A stretch of 64,000 nt of DNA, taken from assembly GCA_937928165.1 (NCBI GenBank), contig CALFVT010000020.1:1-64000 (forward strand), in the 5' to 3' direction. The translations under genes were made by a program, and so were the position numbers. Below the pieces are notes generated by a model. That model was given only the letters and a program-made list of their open reading frames with translations. It did not search any database and was not told the DNA's origin. This document shows, piece after piece, positions 40,470 through 51,311 of this stretch. This DNA comes from an uncultured Caulobacterales bacterium. GTDB taxonomy: Bacteria; Pseudomonadota; Alphaproteobacteria; Caulobacterales; Maricaulaceae. The first letter of the stretch is position 1; each line of letters opens with the position of its first letter.

Positions 40470-41939
40470 TTACGCCTTACGCCACTGACTCCCATCCGGC
40501 CCTGTCTCAATGACAATACCGTCAGCTTTCAGAGCGTCTCGAATCTCGTCCGAGCGGGCAAAGGCCGCACCCATCGCCGCTTTATCCCCCGCCGCTTTCG
40601 CCGCCAAAGCTTGCGTCCGCGCCGCGTCATAATCTTTCACAAGGGAGTCAAATTTATCTGTATCCATGCCGCCTTTGAACCACGCCTCTGGGTCTTTTTG
40701 CAGGAGGCCGAGGAGATTGGCAGTAAACATGAAACTTCCTGCTTTTTCAAATTCTTCTGTAGGACTTTTAGCAATCTCCACCGCAAGTAAATTAATATTT
40801 CCTATCAATATCGGGAAGTTTATATCATTTAATGGATCGTTTAACCGCTTATCAAAAGTCTTATAACCCACTCCAACAGCACCGACCCAACTTAATATGT
40901 GCGTCTTAGCTCTATACCACCCATCAAGCTGCGCCTTGCTCTCCTTGAGCAAGTCTTCACTCCACACCAATTCACTGCGGTAATGCGCCTTAAGCAATGC
41001 GAGCCGAATAACTTCGCCGTCCCAATCTTTCAGCAGATCACGAATGAGTTTCACATTGCCGATAGATTTGCTCATTTTTTCCGAATTCATATTGAGGAAC
41101 TCATTATGCACCCAATAATTCGCGAGCGGCTCCCCGTGACAGCAGGCGCTTTGCGCCGCTTCATTTTCATGATGAGGGAATTTCAAATCAACCCCGCCGC
41201 AATGAATATCAATGGTTTGAGAGCCTGTACCCTCCGTCAGCTCGGCCTTGGCCATAGCGGAGCATTCAATATGCCAACCGGGGCGGCCCTTCATATTTGC
41301 TCCATTGGGGCCAAAGGGCGCATCCCACCCAACCCCGTCAAGGGGCGGTTTCCACAAGACGAAATCGGCGGCATTGCGCTTGCGGGCCACTTCCCCCTCG
41401 CCGACTCGGTCCCCGCCGCGCAGGGCGTCGAGCGTATTGCCCGATAATTGCCCGTAATCCTCATAGGCCGCGACATCAAAAAATACATGACCGTCACTTT
41501 CATACGCAAAGCCCTTATCCATCAACTCAGAAATCATGGCGGTCATATTACCGATATGGTTCGTACATTTCGGCTGCACGCTCGGCGGCAGGCAGCCTAT
41601 AGCCGCAAGGTCTTCGTTATAAATGCGGGCATATTTCTCCGTAATGACGGAAATATCGACCCCTTGTTCCTTGGCGCTGGCGATGATTTTATCGTCAACA
41701 TCGGTAATATTACGCGCATAGACCACCGCCTCTTCGCCGTAAATATGGCGCAGCACGCGGAACAATACATCGGCCACCACGGCCGCGCGGGCATTGCCGA
41801 TATGGGCATAGCTATAGACCGTCGGCCCGCAATTATACATGGTCACGCGCGATGGGTCTTGCGGCGTAAACACCTCTTTTTTACGGCTCAAAGAGTTGTA
41901 AAGTGTCAGGACAGGCTTATCTTTGTTGCTATCAGTCAT
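40470..41939 (-). CDS. cysS: Cysteine--tRNA ligase
   Basis: HIGN (HIGH-type) and KMSKS motifs. Probable start is MTDSNKDK; the ORF extends to 41990. Confidence 0.9.
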   Translation of the reverse strand: MTDSNKDKPVLTLYNSLSRKKEVFTPQDPSRVTMYNCGPTVYSYAHIGNARAAVVADVLFRVLRHIYGEEAVVYARNITDVDDKIIASAKEQGVDISVITEKYARIYNEDLAAIGCLPPSVQPKCTNHIGNMTAMISELMDKGFAYESDGHVFFDVAAYEDYGQLSGNTLDALRGGDRVGEGEVARKRNAADFVLWKPPLDGVGWDAPFGPNGANMKGRPGWHIECSAMAKAELTEGTGSQTIDIHCGGVDLKFPHHENEAAQSACCHGEPLANYWVHNEFLNMNSEKMSKSIGNVKLIRDLLKDWDGEVIRLALLKAHYRSELVWSEDLLKESKAQLDGWYRAKTHILSWVGAVGVGYKTFDKRLNDPLNDINFPILIGNINLLAVEIAKSPTEEFEKAGSFMFTANLLGLLQKDPEAWFKGGMDTDKFDSLVKDYDAARTQALAAKAAGDKAAMGAAFARSDEIRDALKADGIVIETGPDGSQWRKA

Positions 41940-41983
41940 AGGCACAGGCTTTAAGCCGCCCTGCCCTATAAGGAAAGCCCGTT

Positions 41984-42598
41984 TTGTCATTTCGCCGCAA
42001 ACAAATCATTGTTTTTTGTCTTTTGCTGATTGTTGCCTTTACGGCGGTTTACAATGTCACGCGCCCCAATGCAGGCGGTTTGCGCTTTGAAGTGGAGGGT
42101 GACACGGCCTATGTTTACGGCGGAACGGACAGTACATCCTACGGGGTAGCTAAGCGGTTTTTCGATGAAAACCCGCAGGTCAATCATCTTATCTTAAAAC
42201 GTATGCCCGGCACGCAGAACGCAGACACAAATCTACGGATTGCGCGGCTTATCAGGCAGCGCGGTATCAGCACACATTTAGAAACCAATAGCTATATTGC
42301 TTCAGGCGCGGTGGACTTATTACTTTCAGGGATAGAGCGCAGCATGGACTGCGGGGCCAAAATCGGCGTTCATAGCTGGAGCTATCACAGCCCTAATAAT
42401 ATCGGCGTATTCTCCCCTAAAAATCTTGGGCGCGACCGCCGCCAAAGGGTTCAAGAAAAATTTTTGCGAGACATGGGTATTAACCCGGATTTTTACGCCT
42501 TCACCCGCGACGCCGCCGATGCGGATAGTCTTTATATCCTGCGGCCAAAAGACATCGCCCGCTTTGATTTACTCACAGAAGACGCTTGCCGCGGCTGA
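41984..42598 (+). CDS. Hypothetical exported protein
   Basis: 204 aa with an N-terminal hydrophobic segment. No confident family. Confidence 0.4.
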   Translation: MSFRRKQIIVFCLLLIVAFTAVYNVTRPNAGGLRFEVEGDTAYVYGGTDSTSYGVAKRFFDENPQVNHLILKRMPGTQNADTNLRIARLIRQRGISTHLETNSYIASGAVDLLLSGIERSMDCGAKIGVHSWSYHSPNNIGVFSPKNLGRDRRQRVQEKFLRDMGINPDFYAFTRDAADADSLYILRPKDIARFDLLTEDACRG

Positions 42599-42996
42599 GC
42601 TATATTATGTTGTGTTTTACGAATATCCTCCCAACCAAATTCAGCCAAAAGCCGCGTGCGTTTTTCATCCTCTGTTTCGATCTTTTCTTCTTCAAAATAA
42701 ATATGAAATATCCAAGTGACCAAACGGCCAAAAACAATAAACAAAGGGAAGAACATCACGCCATATTGCACGGCTTGCGGTAATTGTTGAAACCCCATCC
42801 AATACACCAAAAACGGGTTAAAACTGCCCGCTGAACCACTCGCCGTTATACCGAGCATCATAAAGGGACGTATCAGAATACCGCCCATCAGAAGCGCGGA
42901 GACCAAGAACCCAAGGCAAGCTTTAGTGTGATAGGCACTCACTGCGCCAATCGCAAACCCTATAATGAATGTAAATATAATTATGAGCATCGACAA
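42532..42996 (-). CDS. Hypothetical small membrane protein
   Basis: 154 aa with three TM helices and a charged C-terminus. Converges on and overlaps the previous gene by 67 bp. Confidence 0.4.
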   Translation of the reverse strand: MSMLIIIFTFIIGFAIGAVSAYHTKACLGFLVSALLMGGILIRPFMMLGITASGSAGSFNPFLVYWMGFQQLPQAVQYGVMFFPLFIVFGRLVTWIFHIYFEEEKIETEDEKRTRLLAEFGWEDIRKTQHNIAQPRQASSVSKSKRAMSFGRRI

Positions 42997-43083
42997 TCCT
43001 CACTTATTCGTAACAGGGATGTATTAAATAATTTTAAAATAAGGATGATATATCACGAGCAAAGCGGGTTTTGCCGCTAGCTT

Positions 43084-43731
43084 TTGCCCGCGATTATCGT
43101 CTATAGAGCCGCCATGACAAAAAATATGCCGACAAAACCGATCTTAAAACCCGTCGCGCCCCTGCGCCGCCCCTCCGAGGCCGAAGCGATGGAGGCTGTG
43201 CGCACATTGCTGGCGTGGACGGGGGATGACCCGAACCGTGAAGGCCTTAAAGATACGCCTAAGCGGGTGGTAAAAGCCTATAAGGAATGGTTTAAAGGCT
43301 ATGATATGGACCCCGCTAAAGAGCTGGCCCGCACCTTTGAAGATGTGTCCGGCTATGATGACATGGTGATATTGCGCGACATTGATATTGAAAGCCATTG
43401 CGAACATCACATTGCACCTTTCCTCGGCAAAGCCTATGTGGCTTATCTACCGACGGATAAGGTCGTCGGGATTTCAAAACTTGTGAAAGTCGTCGAGGTA
43501 TTCTCCAAACGGTTACAAACCCAAGAAACAATGACCGCGCAAATTGCGGATGCTATAGAAGACGCTCTGCGCCCACGCGGCACAGCGGTTTATATTGACG
43601 CCAAGCACCAATGTATGACTACGCGCGGCGTGCATCACCCAAATGTATCGACAATCACGACGCATTTTACCGGTGAGTTTAAATCCAACCTCGCGGTGCA
43701 AGATCGTTTCCTGCGCATGATTAAGCCTTAG
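43084..43731 (+). CDS. folE: GTP cyclohydrolase I
   Basis: SHCEHHIAPF and the rest of the FolE core are conserved. Confidence 0.9.
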   Translation: MPAIIVYRAAMTKNMPTKPILKPVAPLRRPSEAEAMEAVRTLLAWTGDDPNREGLKDTPKRVVKAYKEWFKGYDMDPAKELARTFEDVSGYDDMVILRDIDIESHCEHHIAPFLGKAYVAYLPTDKVVGISKLVKVVEVFSKRLQTQETMTAQIADAIEDALRPRGTAVYIDAKHQCMTTRGVHHPNVSTITTHFTGEFKSNLAVQDRFLRMIKP

Positions 43732-43831
43732 CGGGCGTTATCACAAAATTATCAATCTGGGCCGCAAAGTTAAGATTGGTGAGAACGCCCAGCCTGTGTT
43801 AAGTTGTTAGAAATAACATGAGGAGAGCGCT

Positions 43832-46219
43832 ATGTTGACCGAATTTCACCCGCCTTATGAAAAAGGCGGCGCGCAGCAAATATCCGGGCAAAGACATCTA
43901 CCAAGCGGTTCTTTCCATAAAATAGATCGCCGCACGGCCCTTAAAGGCCTTGGCGCATTAACCTTCGGCGTTGCCCTTACCGCTTGCTCTCAAGGGAAAA
44001 CACCGGCGGCCAAAGCCGCAAGCACAGCCGCTGCGGATGGCCCGCACATTCTCGATGGTCACCGCCCAGATGTCCTCGAAGGCCCAGCGCTTTTTATCTC
44101 CATTGCCGCTGATAATACGCCCACCATAACCTGTTCCCGCTCTGAAATGGGGCAGCAAACATGGACGGCAATGACGCAAATTATTGCCGATGAGCTTGAC
44201 GTGGCATGGGATAAAATTGAAATCCACCAAGCCATTGGAGATGCGCGCTACGGCGATCAAAATACAGATGGGTCAACATCCGTTAGAAATCACTTCACCC
44301 GCTTACGCCAAGTCGGCGCGACCATGCGGCTTATGCTCCGCCAGGCAGCCGCAAATGAATGGGGCGTCGATGTTACGGAGGTCACAGCCGAGCTTGGGGT
44401 GCTCAAATCGGGCAGTAAAACTCTGACTTACGGCGATGTGGCCGAAGCAGCAGCGGCTCTGCCCGTTCCAGACGCGGCGGTTGTGCCGCTTAAAACCCGT
44501 AAAGATTGGCGCTATATCGGCAAACCCGTTCCGTCTGTAACCGTGCCAAAGATTATTCGCGGCGAAGGCACTTATGGTATGGATGTGCAAATACCGAATA
44601 TGGTCTATGCCGCGATTGCCCGTCCGCCGGCGCATTTATCAACGGTAAAATCTTTTGACGCCCGCGCCGCTATGGCCGTGACTGGGGTGTTAAAAATCGT
44701 GCAGCTTGATCACCCCAAAGGCCCTGTTGTCTATCAACCTCTCGGCGGGGTGGCTGTGATTGCAACTGACACATGGGCGGCAATACAAGGCCGTGATGCG
44801 TTAAACATAACATGGAATGACGGCCCAAACAGCCAATATAATTCAAAAGAATATGCCAAAACCCTCATGGCCTCTGCTAATGCACCGGGCACAGCAAAGC
44901 TCACCCGCGGCGATACAATGGCAGCGCTTAAAGAGGGCACAAAAACCATTAGCGCCGATTATTATGCCTCCCATCTCTCTCAAGCGCCGATGGAACCCCC
45001 TGCGGCAACGGCGCAGTGGAAAGGGGATGAACTTCATGTTTGGGCCTCGACGCAAAACCCGCAGTCAGGCCGCAGCACATTAGCCTCAATTTTGGGCATC
45101 CCGCCCGAGAAAGTTATTTGCAATGTTACATGGCTCGGCGGCGGATTTGGCCGCAAATCTAAGCCCGATTTCCTTGTAGAAGCGGCTATTCTTGCCAAAG
45201 ATATGGGCCAGCCCGTTAAAGTGGTTTGGACCCGGGAGGATGACCTTGGACATGGTTATTTCCACAGCGTTAGCGCCCAGCATTTCGAAGGGGCGCTCGA
45301 CGAGTCTGGTAAAACCACCGCCATTTTACACCGCACAGCCTTCCCATCCATTAGCTCCACTTTCGCAGGAGACGCAGCGGACGGGCCAAGTGACGGCGAG
45401 CTTGGCCTCGGCGCGGTGGACAATCCCTTTGCCGCGCCCAATCTACAAGTTGAAGCCTGTAAAGCCAAAGCCCATATCCGCATTGGCTGGCTACGATCCG
45501 TCGCCAATGTCTATCATAGTTTCGGCGTGCAAAGCTTTGCCAATGAACTCGCCTATGCGGCGGAGCGCGAGCCGCTCGAATATCTCATGGAGCTTATTGG
45601 CGATGACCGCGACATTGACCCGAAAACCGATAGCGCACCTTATACCAATTACGGCGCCTCCCTTGAAGAACACCCCATTAGCACAGCGCGCCTAAAAGCC
45701 GTTTTGCAAAAGGCGGCTGATATGGCGAATTGGGGGCGTGATATGCCCAAGGGCCATGGCCTTGGCATTGCTGTTCACCGCTCATTTCTGTCATATGTGG
45801 CCACAGCGATTGAAGTAAAAGTCACAGATGACGGCGAGATTAGCTTCCCCGGTATATGGTCAGCCGTTGATGCGGGCACTGTGGTAAACCCTAAACATAC
45901 GGCGGCGCAAATCGAAGGCGGAACAATTTACGGTCTGTCCAATGCGCTCTTTGGTGAAATCACCGCAAAGAACGGCGTTATTGAGCAGAAAAACTTTCCC
46001 GATTGGCGAGTCATGCGGATTTCCGAAGCGCCGAGGGATTTTGCGGTTCACATCATCGATAGCCAAGCCGCCCCCGGCGGGGTTGGGGAGCCCGGTACGC
46101 CCCCCGCAGCGCCGGCACTAACCAATGCTATTTTTGCCGCCACGGGCATGCGGATGCGTAAATTGCCCATACTCGGCCAAAGTAATCGGCTGGATATGAG
46201 CACGGCAAAACGGACATAG
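43832..46219 (+). CDS. Xanthine dehydrogenase-family molybdopterin-binding subunit (IorB-like aldehyde/isoquinoline oxidoreductase large subunit)
   Basis: 795 aa. Tat-like signal [17 protein letters not shown]. Ald_Xan_dh C-terminal domains. Confidence 0.8.
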   Translation: MLTEFHPPYEKGGAQQISGQRHLPSGSFHKIDRRTALKGLGALTFGVALTACSQGKTPAAKAASTAAADGPHILDGHRPDVLEGPALFISIAADNTPTITCSRSEMGQQTWTAMTQIIADELDVAWDKIEIHQAIGDARYGDQNTDGSTSVRNHFTRLRQVGATMRLMLRQAAANEWGVDVTEVTAELGVLKSGSKTLTYGDVAEAAAALPVPDAAVVPLKTRKDWRYIGKPVPSVTVPKIIRGEGTYGMDVQIPNMVYAAIARPPAHLSTVKSFDARAAMAVTGVLKIVQLDHPKGPVVYQPLGGVAVIATDTWAAIQGRDALNITWNDGPNSQYNSKEYAKTLMASANAPGTAKLTRGDTMAALKEGTKTISADYYASHLSQAPMEPPAATAQWKGDELHVWASTQNPQSGRSTLASILGIPPEKVICNVTWLGGGFGRKSKPDFLVEAAILAKDMGQPVKVVWTREDDLGHGYFHSVSAQHFEGALDESGKTTAILHRTAFPSISSTFAGDAADGPSDGELGLGAVDNPFAAPNLQVEACKAKAHIRIGWLRSVANVYHSFGVQSFANELAYAAEREPLEYLMELIGDDRDIDPKTDSAPYTNYGASLEEHPISTARLKAVLQKAADMANWGRDMPKGHGLGIAVHRSFLSYVATAIEVKVTDDGEISFPGIWSAVDAGTVVNPKHTAAQIEGGTIYGLSNALFGEITAKNGVIEQKNFPDWRVMRISEAPRDFAVHIIDSQAAPGGVGEPGTPPAAPALTNAIFAATGMRMRKLPILGQSNRLDMSTAKRT

Positions 46220-46234
46220 GGAGAGGATAAGATT

Positions 46235-46690
46235 ATGGCGATTACACTTAAGATTAATGGTGAAAATAAATTAGTCTCCGCCCCCGAAGGCACGCCGCTG
46301 CTCTGGGTACTGCGCGATCATTTAGGCCTGACGGGTACAAAATTTGGCTGCGGCGTGGCCCAATGCGGGGCCTGTACCGTACATGTTGACGGCACGCCTA
46401 TTCGGTCTTGCATTACCGCCCATGAAGACGTGGAAGGTCTTGAGGTTACGACGATTGAGGGTAAAGAAGGCAAAGAAGCTGCTGCAATTCGTAAGGCCTG
46501 GGAAGCGATTGACGTGCCTCAATGCGGCTATTGCCAAGCGGGGCAGATCATGTCAGCGGTTGCTTTACTGGAAGAGAATAAAAGCCCTAATGATGATGAT
46601 ATTGACGCAGCTATGGACGGCAATATCTGCCGCTGCGCCACCTATGTGCGTATCCGCGCGGCGATTAAAGACGCGGCCAGCTCGCTTTAA
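46235..46690 (+). CDS. (2Fe-2S)-binding small subunit of the molybdoenzyme (IorA-like)
   Basis: [15 protein letters not shown] plus a second cluster motif [11 protein letters not shown]...CRC. Confidence 0.85.
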   Translation: MAITLKINGENKLVSAPEGTPLLWVLRDHLGLTGTKFGCGVAQCGACTVHVDGTPIRSCITAHEDVEGLEVTTIEGKEGKEAAAIRKAWEAIDVPQCGYCQAGQIMSAVALLEENKSPNDDDIDAAMDGNICRCATYVRIRAAIKDAASSL

Positions 46691-46698
46691 GGGCTGTA

Positions 46699-47733
46699 TT
46701 AAGGCGCGCGTCGGGCCTTTAAAATTGGGGCGACAATGTCGGCTTTATTGGTGAAGACAATGCCGGAGTAGCGGGCAGGAACATATTTTAAATCCGCCGC
46801 CCTATCTATGCCTGTCGACCCCGCAGCGGACAAAGGGCCAAGGAGCATGGAGCGGCTCCCCGCTTTATTCAGGCGGGCCTCAAATTTACAGGGCCAGCCC
46901 CATAAAAGGCGGCGAAAATTAGCGGGGACTGGCACGGTCATATTCCGGCAAGGCTTTGGGACATATCCACTCCAGCCCAAAGCGGTATATGATATTAGGC
47001 AAGACTTGGCCCGCTCGCGGCTCATAACTCGGAGATCACGATTAATAAGCTTAATTTGCGACATAGGAATTTCATGGCCCACAAATTCAATACGGGACAA
47101 ATTTTGAGACGAAATATAACTGAGCAAAGCCTTCGCATTATCACGGGAGCGGTCTTTTATATTGATAGTGAAATGCGTATCAGGGAATTGCGTAAGAACA
47201 TCCTTAAGGCGCGGCATGGCTCCAATAAATTGCCCGCGAAACGGAAAGCTCTGGCCGTTATCCGCCGTATAGCCATAGCCCATATCAAGGGCGCTCAGCT
47301 CTGCCCATGTTTTATCGCGGGTGCGGCCGTGTCCATTGGTTCGGCATTCCAACCTCCAGTCGTGGAAGACCGCAAATTCACCGTCTATCAACGGGTGAAT
47401 ATCAAGCTCGATTTGGGTGGCTCCGGCGTCCAAAGCCGCTTGCATGGAGTTGATAGTATTTTCAATATAGCGGTGGCGCGGCGGGTCTATCCGCGTGGCC
47501 GTACAGCTATCCCGGGTTAAATCTACTGTGGAGAAGTTCTGAGACAGGCTGCGGTGAGCCTGAACATCCAGATCACCAAGCTGCGGCGCGCCCCACCATG
47601 AGGCGTTCCACAGGTAAAGACAGCCCATAAAGCTGCAAAGGCCATATATTCGGGTTCTTATCATAGAGATTTTTATATCTTTATTACGGCCAAAATAAGA
47701 TGAGTTATTCGCAGGCTTTGACTTGATTTTCAC
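46699..47733 (-). CDS. Glycerophosphodiester phosphodiesterase family protein
   Basis: HRYIENTINSMQAALDAGATQIELDIH...FAVFHD matches the GDPD motifs. Confidence 0.7.
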   Translation of the reverse strand: MKIKSKPANNSSYFGRNKDIKISMIRTRIYGLCSFMGCLYLWNASWWGAPQLGDLDVQAHRSLSQNFSTVDLTRDSCTATRIDPPRHRYIENTINSMQAALDAGATQIELDIHPLIDGEFAVFHDWRLECRTNGHGRTRDKTWAELSALDMGYGYTADNGQSFPFRGQFIGAMPRLKDVLTQFPDTHFTINIKDRSRDNAKALLSYISSQNLSRIEFVGHEIPMSQIKLINRDLRVMSRERAKSCLISYTALGWSGYVPKPCRNMTVPVPANFRRLLWGWPCKFEARLNKAGSRSMLLGPLSAAGSTGIDRAADLKYVPARYSGIVFTNKADIVAPILKARRAP

Positions 47734-47778
47734 GGCATAATCGCAACATGATGAAGACTGACATTAAAGGATAAAGCC

Positions 47779-50400
47779 ATGCGCACTGATACCGCCCCTC
47801 TGCCGACATTACTCGAAGATTATGCGGTGCCTGATTTTATCTTTGACACTGCCGAGCTTGATTTTAATCTGGTTCCATCGGCGACGCGGGTGAAATCCAA
47901 AATTGCTGTGCGGCGTAACCCTGCGGGACAGAAAAACGCTAAGCTTATTCTCGACGGGGAAGATATCATCCTTAAAAGGGTTAGTATTAACGGCAAAGCC
48001 CTTAAGCGTAGCGATTATAAGCTCACTCAAAGCCAGCTTATCATGACCGCCCCGCAAGAGCCTTTTACCCTTGAGATTGACACGGAATGTGACCCGGCGG
48101 CGAATACAAAGCTCATGGGGCTTTATGTGTCGGGCGGGCGGTTTTGCACCCAATGCGAGGCGGAAGGCTTTCGGCGCATGACCTATTATATGGATAGGCC
48201 CGATGTATTGTCCGTCTTTAAAGTGCGTATGACGGCGGATAAAGCGGATTACCCCTTTTTGCTTGCCAATGGGAATATGATTGAAAGCGGAGATGCGGGC
48301 GGCGGGAAACATTACGCCGTTTGGGAAGACCCCTTTCCCAAGCCTTGCTATTTATTTGCCCTTGTTGCGGGGCAATTTGACATTATCGAAGATCATTTCA
48401 CCACGATGAGCGGGCGGGATATTCCGCTTACGATCTATGTCGACCCCGGCAATGGCCCGCAAGCCGAATATGCTATGGACGCCCTTAAGCGGTCTATGAA
48501 ATGGGACGAAGATGTTTATGGCCGAGAATATGATCTTGACCGTTTTATGATCGTCGCTGTGCGCGATTTTAACTTCGGTGCGATGGAGAATAAGGGGCTG
48601 AATATTTTTAATGCCTCGCTGCTTTTGGCGGATGGTGAAAGTGCAACGGATTTAAACTTTGAGCGCATTGAAAGCGTGGTTGCCCATGAATATTTCCATA
48701 ACTGGACGGGCAACCGTATTACATGCCGGGATTGGTTTCAGCTCTGCCTGAAAGAAGGCTTTACGGTGTTCCGCGATCAAGAATTTTCCGCCGATATGCG
48801 CGGCGCAGCGGTGCAGCGCATTAAAGACGTCACCGCCCTTCGCCGCCGCCAATTCCCCGAAGACGCAGGCCCCCTCGCCCATCCGGCGCGGCCCGATCAT
48901 TATATTAAGATCGATAATTTCTACACGGCCACAGTTTATGAGAAAGGCGCAGAGCTTGTTCGTATGCTGCGCACGCTTTTGGGCGATGAGATATTCCGCA
49001 AAGGCAGTGATTATTATTTTGACAGCCTCGACGGAACTGCCGCTACCGTTGAGCAATTTATTGATTGTTTCGCGCATGTGTCGGGCCAAGACCTCTCGCA
49101 ATTTTTAAACTGGTATAAAGTCGCTGGTACGCCCCATGTGCAAACAGACTTAACCCGCAGCGGTGACAGGCTTACGGTTAGCTTCACCCAGTCTGTCCCT
49201 ACGCAAAGCGCACCAGAGGCCACCGCGCCGCGCGTTATACCCATCCGCTGGCAGTTGATTGGCGATAACGGGCCGGCCACCGCCTCTCAGCTTACGGTAT
49301 TACGCGAGCGCAGCATGAGTTTTGAGATAGAATTGGCTACTAACCATAGCCCTGTCACGCTCTCTGCATTTCAAGATTTTTCCGCCCCCGTAGTCGTGAA
49401 AAGCGATAAAACAAGCGATGATCTTATTCGGCAAATGGGCCAGGACCCTAACGCCTTTAACCGCTGGGAAGCCGGGCAAACTATCGCCCGCGGCTTATTA
49501 ACGAAATTAACGCAGGCCATAGAAACTGGCCATGTACCGCAGCCAGACAATACGCTAGCCCGTTACTGCACTGCGCTAGAGGCCACCCTTATAAGCGGTG
49601 ATTTTGACGATGCCTATAAAGCCCTTGTGTTAACCCCGCCAAGTTCAGGAGAAATTATACAGGGCCTAGAACAGACTGACCCCATTGCGGCCTATGAGGC
49701 CAGCCAATGGCTTGGCCGCGCGGTTGGGGATCGTTTATTCGATAGCCTATTAAACACCTATAATGCCAAAGCCTCTAGCGGGCCATTCTCCCCTGATGCC
49801 GCATCTGCGGGGCGGCGCGCCTTAAGAAACAGAGCTTTATCTTTGATGGTCGCAACCGGACGCAGCGAAATTGCGCCAATGGTTTTAAACCAATTCGAAA
49901 CCGCCACGAATATGACCGATGAATTTTCAGCCCTAACGTCTCTGACCCATATCGGCGGCAAACGTGTTGAAACAAGTCTTGATGATTTTTATGCAAAATG
50001 GCAAAAAAATGCGCTTGTCGTTGATAAATGGTTTATGCTCCAAGCTAGCCGCAAGACCTTTGGCGGTATATCCAGTATTCAGGCCTTAACCCAGCGTGAG
50101 GATTATGACCGCCGCAACCCCAATCGGGTACGCGCCCTTTTAGGCGGGTTTACAATGGCCAATCCGCAGCTCTTTCATCATCATAGCGGCGCTGGATATA
50201 AGTTTTTTACTCATGAAATCAAAGACATGGATAACCGCAACCCCCAAATCTCCGCGCGACTTTTAGGGGCTTTTGAAGTTTGGCGTAAACTAGATAAACA
50301 CCGCCAAAGCCTCATTAAAGGGCAATTAAAAACGATTATTGCGCAAAACCCATCTAAGAATGTTCTAGAAATTGCACAAAAAATACTGGGAGAAAAATAG
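47779..50400 (+). CDS. pepN: Aminopeptidase N
   Basis: GAMEN and HEYFHNWTGNRITCRDWFQL zinc-binding region. 873 aa. Confidence 0.95.
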   Translation: MRTDTAPLPTLLEDYAVPDFIFDTAELDFNLVPSATRVKSKIAVRRNPAGQKNAKLILDGEDIILKRVSINGKALKRSDYKLTQSQLIMTAPQEPFTLEIDTECDPAANTKLMGLYVSGGRFCTQCEAEGFRRMTYYMDRPDVLSVFKVRMTADKADYPFLLANGNMIESGDAGGGKHYAVWEDPFPKPCYLFALVAGQFDIIEDHFTTMSGRDIPLTIYVDPGNGPQAEYAMDALKRSMKWDEDVYGREYDLDRFMIVAVRDFNFGAMENKGLNIFNASLLLADGESATDLNFERIESVVAHEYFHNWTGNRITCRDWFQLCLKEGFTVFRDQEFSADMRGAAVQRIKDVTALRRRQFPEDAGPLAHPARPDHYIKIDNFYTATVYEKGAELVRMLRTLLGDEIFRKGSDYYFDSLDGTAATVEQFIDCFAHVSGQDLSQFLNWYKVAGTPHVQTDLTRSGDRLTVSFTQSVPTQSAPEATAPRVIPIRWQLIGDNGPATASQLTVLRERSMSFEIELATNHSPVTLSAFQDFSAPVVVKSDKTSDDLIRQMGQDPNAFNRWEAGQTIARGLLTKLTQAIETGHVPQPDNTLARYCTALEATLISGDFDDAYKALVLTPPSSGEIIQGLEQTDPIAAYEASQWLGRAVGDRLFDSLLNTYNAKASSGPFSPDAASAGRRALRNRALSLMVATGRSEIAPMVLNQFETATNMTDEFSALTSLTHIGGKRVETSLDDFYAKWQKNALVVDKWFMLQASRKTFGGISSIQALTQREDYDRRNPNRVRALLGGFTMANPQLFHHHSGAGYKFFTHEIKDMDNRNPQISARLLGAFEVWRKLDKHRQSLIKGQLKTIIAQNPSKNVLEIAQKILGEK

Positions 50401-50489
50401 CAAGAGCGCGTTCAGGCGGTCATCTACAATCAACCGTATATTTTATATCTGTAAGGACTAAATTTATATTCATGTGATAATAACGCCAA

Positions 50490-51218
50490 ATGACAGACCC
50501 ACGCACAGCCCACGGATTTCGCACACATGTGTCCGAACAATTATATTCCGTCATGCGCCAGCCCGTCGTCGATATTAAAACAGAAGAGATTATTCATTAC
50601 GAATGGCTTGTACGGTTTGACCATCAATCACAGCTAGAAGGGGTGCTACGCCCCGCTGAAATCAACGGCGTTATTAAAGATCTTGACCTGTCTATGCTTG
50701 TGCAGGCTATTCTTGTTTTAAATAATGATCCTAACGGTATTGGCGTCGCAATTAACTTATCGGGCGCGTCTTTTGATAGCGAAGATTTTGAACGCTCTAT
50801 TACCGCTTGCCTAACGGCCTTAACTGCGCCGCCGGAAAAGCTTGTGATTGAACTGACCGAGTCATGGGATATGCAAGACCTCGCCCCGGCGCAGTCTTTA
50901 ATTAACATGCTCAAGAAACGCGGCCATCATGTATGCCTTGACGATGTGGGCGCGGGAGCCGCCTCTATACGCTATTTACGCAAATTGGAGGCAGATTGGC
51001 TTAAAATCGACGCAGAATTTATTTGGGCAGCTTATGAGACCCCCCGTGAAGAAGCTATTCTAAAGGCCTTGCTCTCTCTTCGGGAACCTTTGGGGGTCAG
51101 ATTCATAGCCGAAGGCATTGAAAATGCCGGACATCTCGAATTTGTCACTCAGCTAGGTATTGATGCTGCACAGGGTTACGGAATTAGCAAACCAGAGGCA
51201 GAAACGCGAATTTCTTAA
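50490..51218 (+). CDS. Stand-alone EAL-domain protein (putative c-di-GMP phosphodiesterase)
   Basis: IELTES, DDVGAG, KID, EGIE and QGY motifs are all present. Confidence 0.75.
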   Translation: MTDPRTAHGFRTHVSEQLYSVMRQPVVDIKTEEIIHYEWLVRFDHQSQLEGVLRPAEINGVIKDLDLSMLVQAILVLNNDPNGIGVAINLSGASFDSEDFERSITACLTALTAPPEKLVIELTESWDMQDLAPAQSLINMLKKRGHHVCLDDVGAGAASIRYLRKLEADWLKIDAEFIWAAYETPREEAILKALLSLREPLGVRFIAEGIENAGHLEFVTQLGIDAAQGYGISKPEAETRIS

Positions 51219-51311
51219 CTAAACATTGAGAGAAATCAGTTTATTCATCCACATAAGTCGACTTAATGTAATATTATTGAGTCGATACAGAGTTGATTCG
51301 TAGGAGCCGCA

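Noticed and set aside
40760-40920. AT-rich patch inside the cysS 3' region, suspected as an insertion.
   Set aside because: The translation (FDKRLNDPLNDINFPILIGNINLLAVEI) aligns with the usual CysRS C-terminal helix (..DDFNTP.ALA.LF.L..), so it is native coding sequence.
40899-41954. Two plus-strand ORFs (182 aa and 168 aa) antisense to cysS.
   Set aside because: They overlap the conserved cysS catalytic core, and their translations are low-complexity and Arg/His-rich.
47809-49280. Minus-strand ORFs (167, 149 and 88 aa) inside pepN.
   Set aside because: Antisense to conserved pepN motifs (GAMEN/HEYFHNW); no support.
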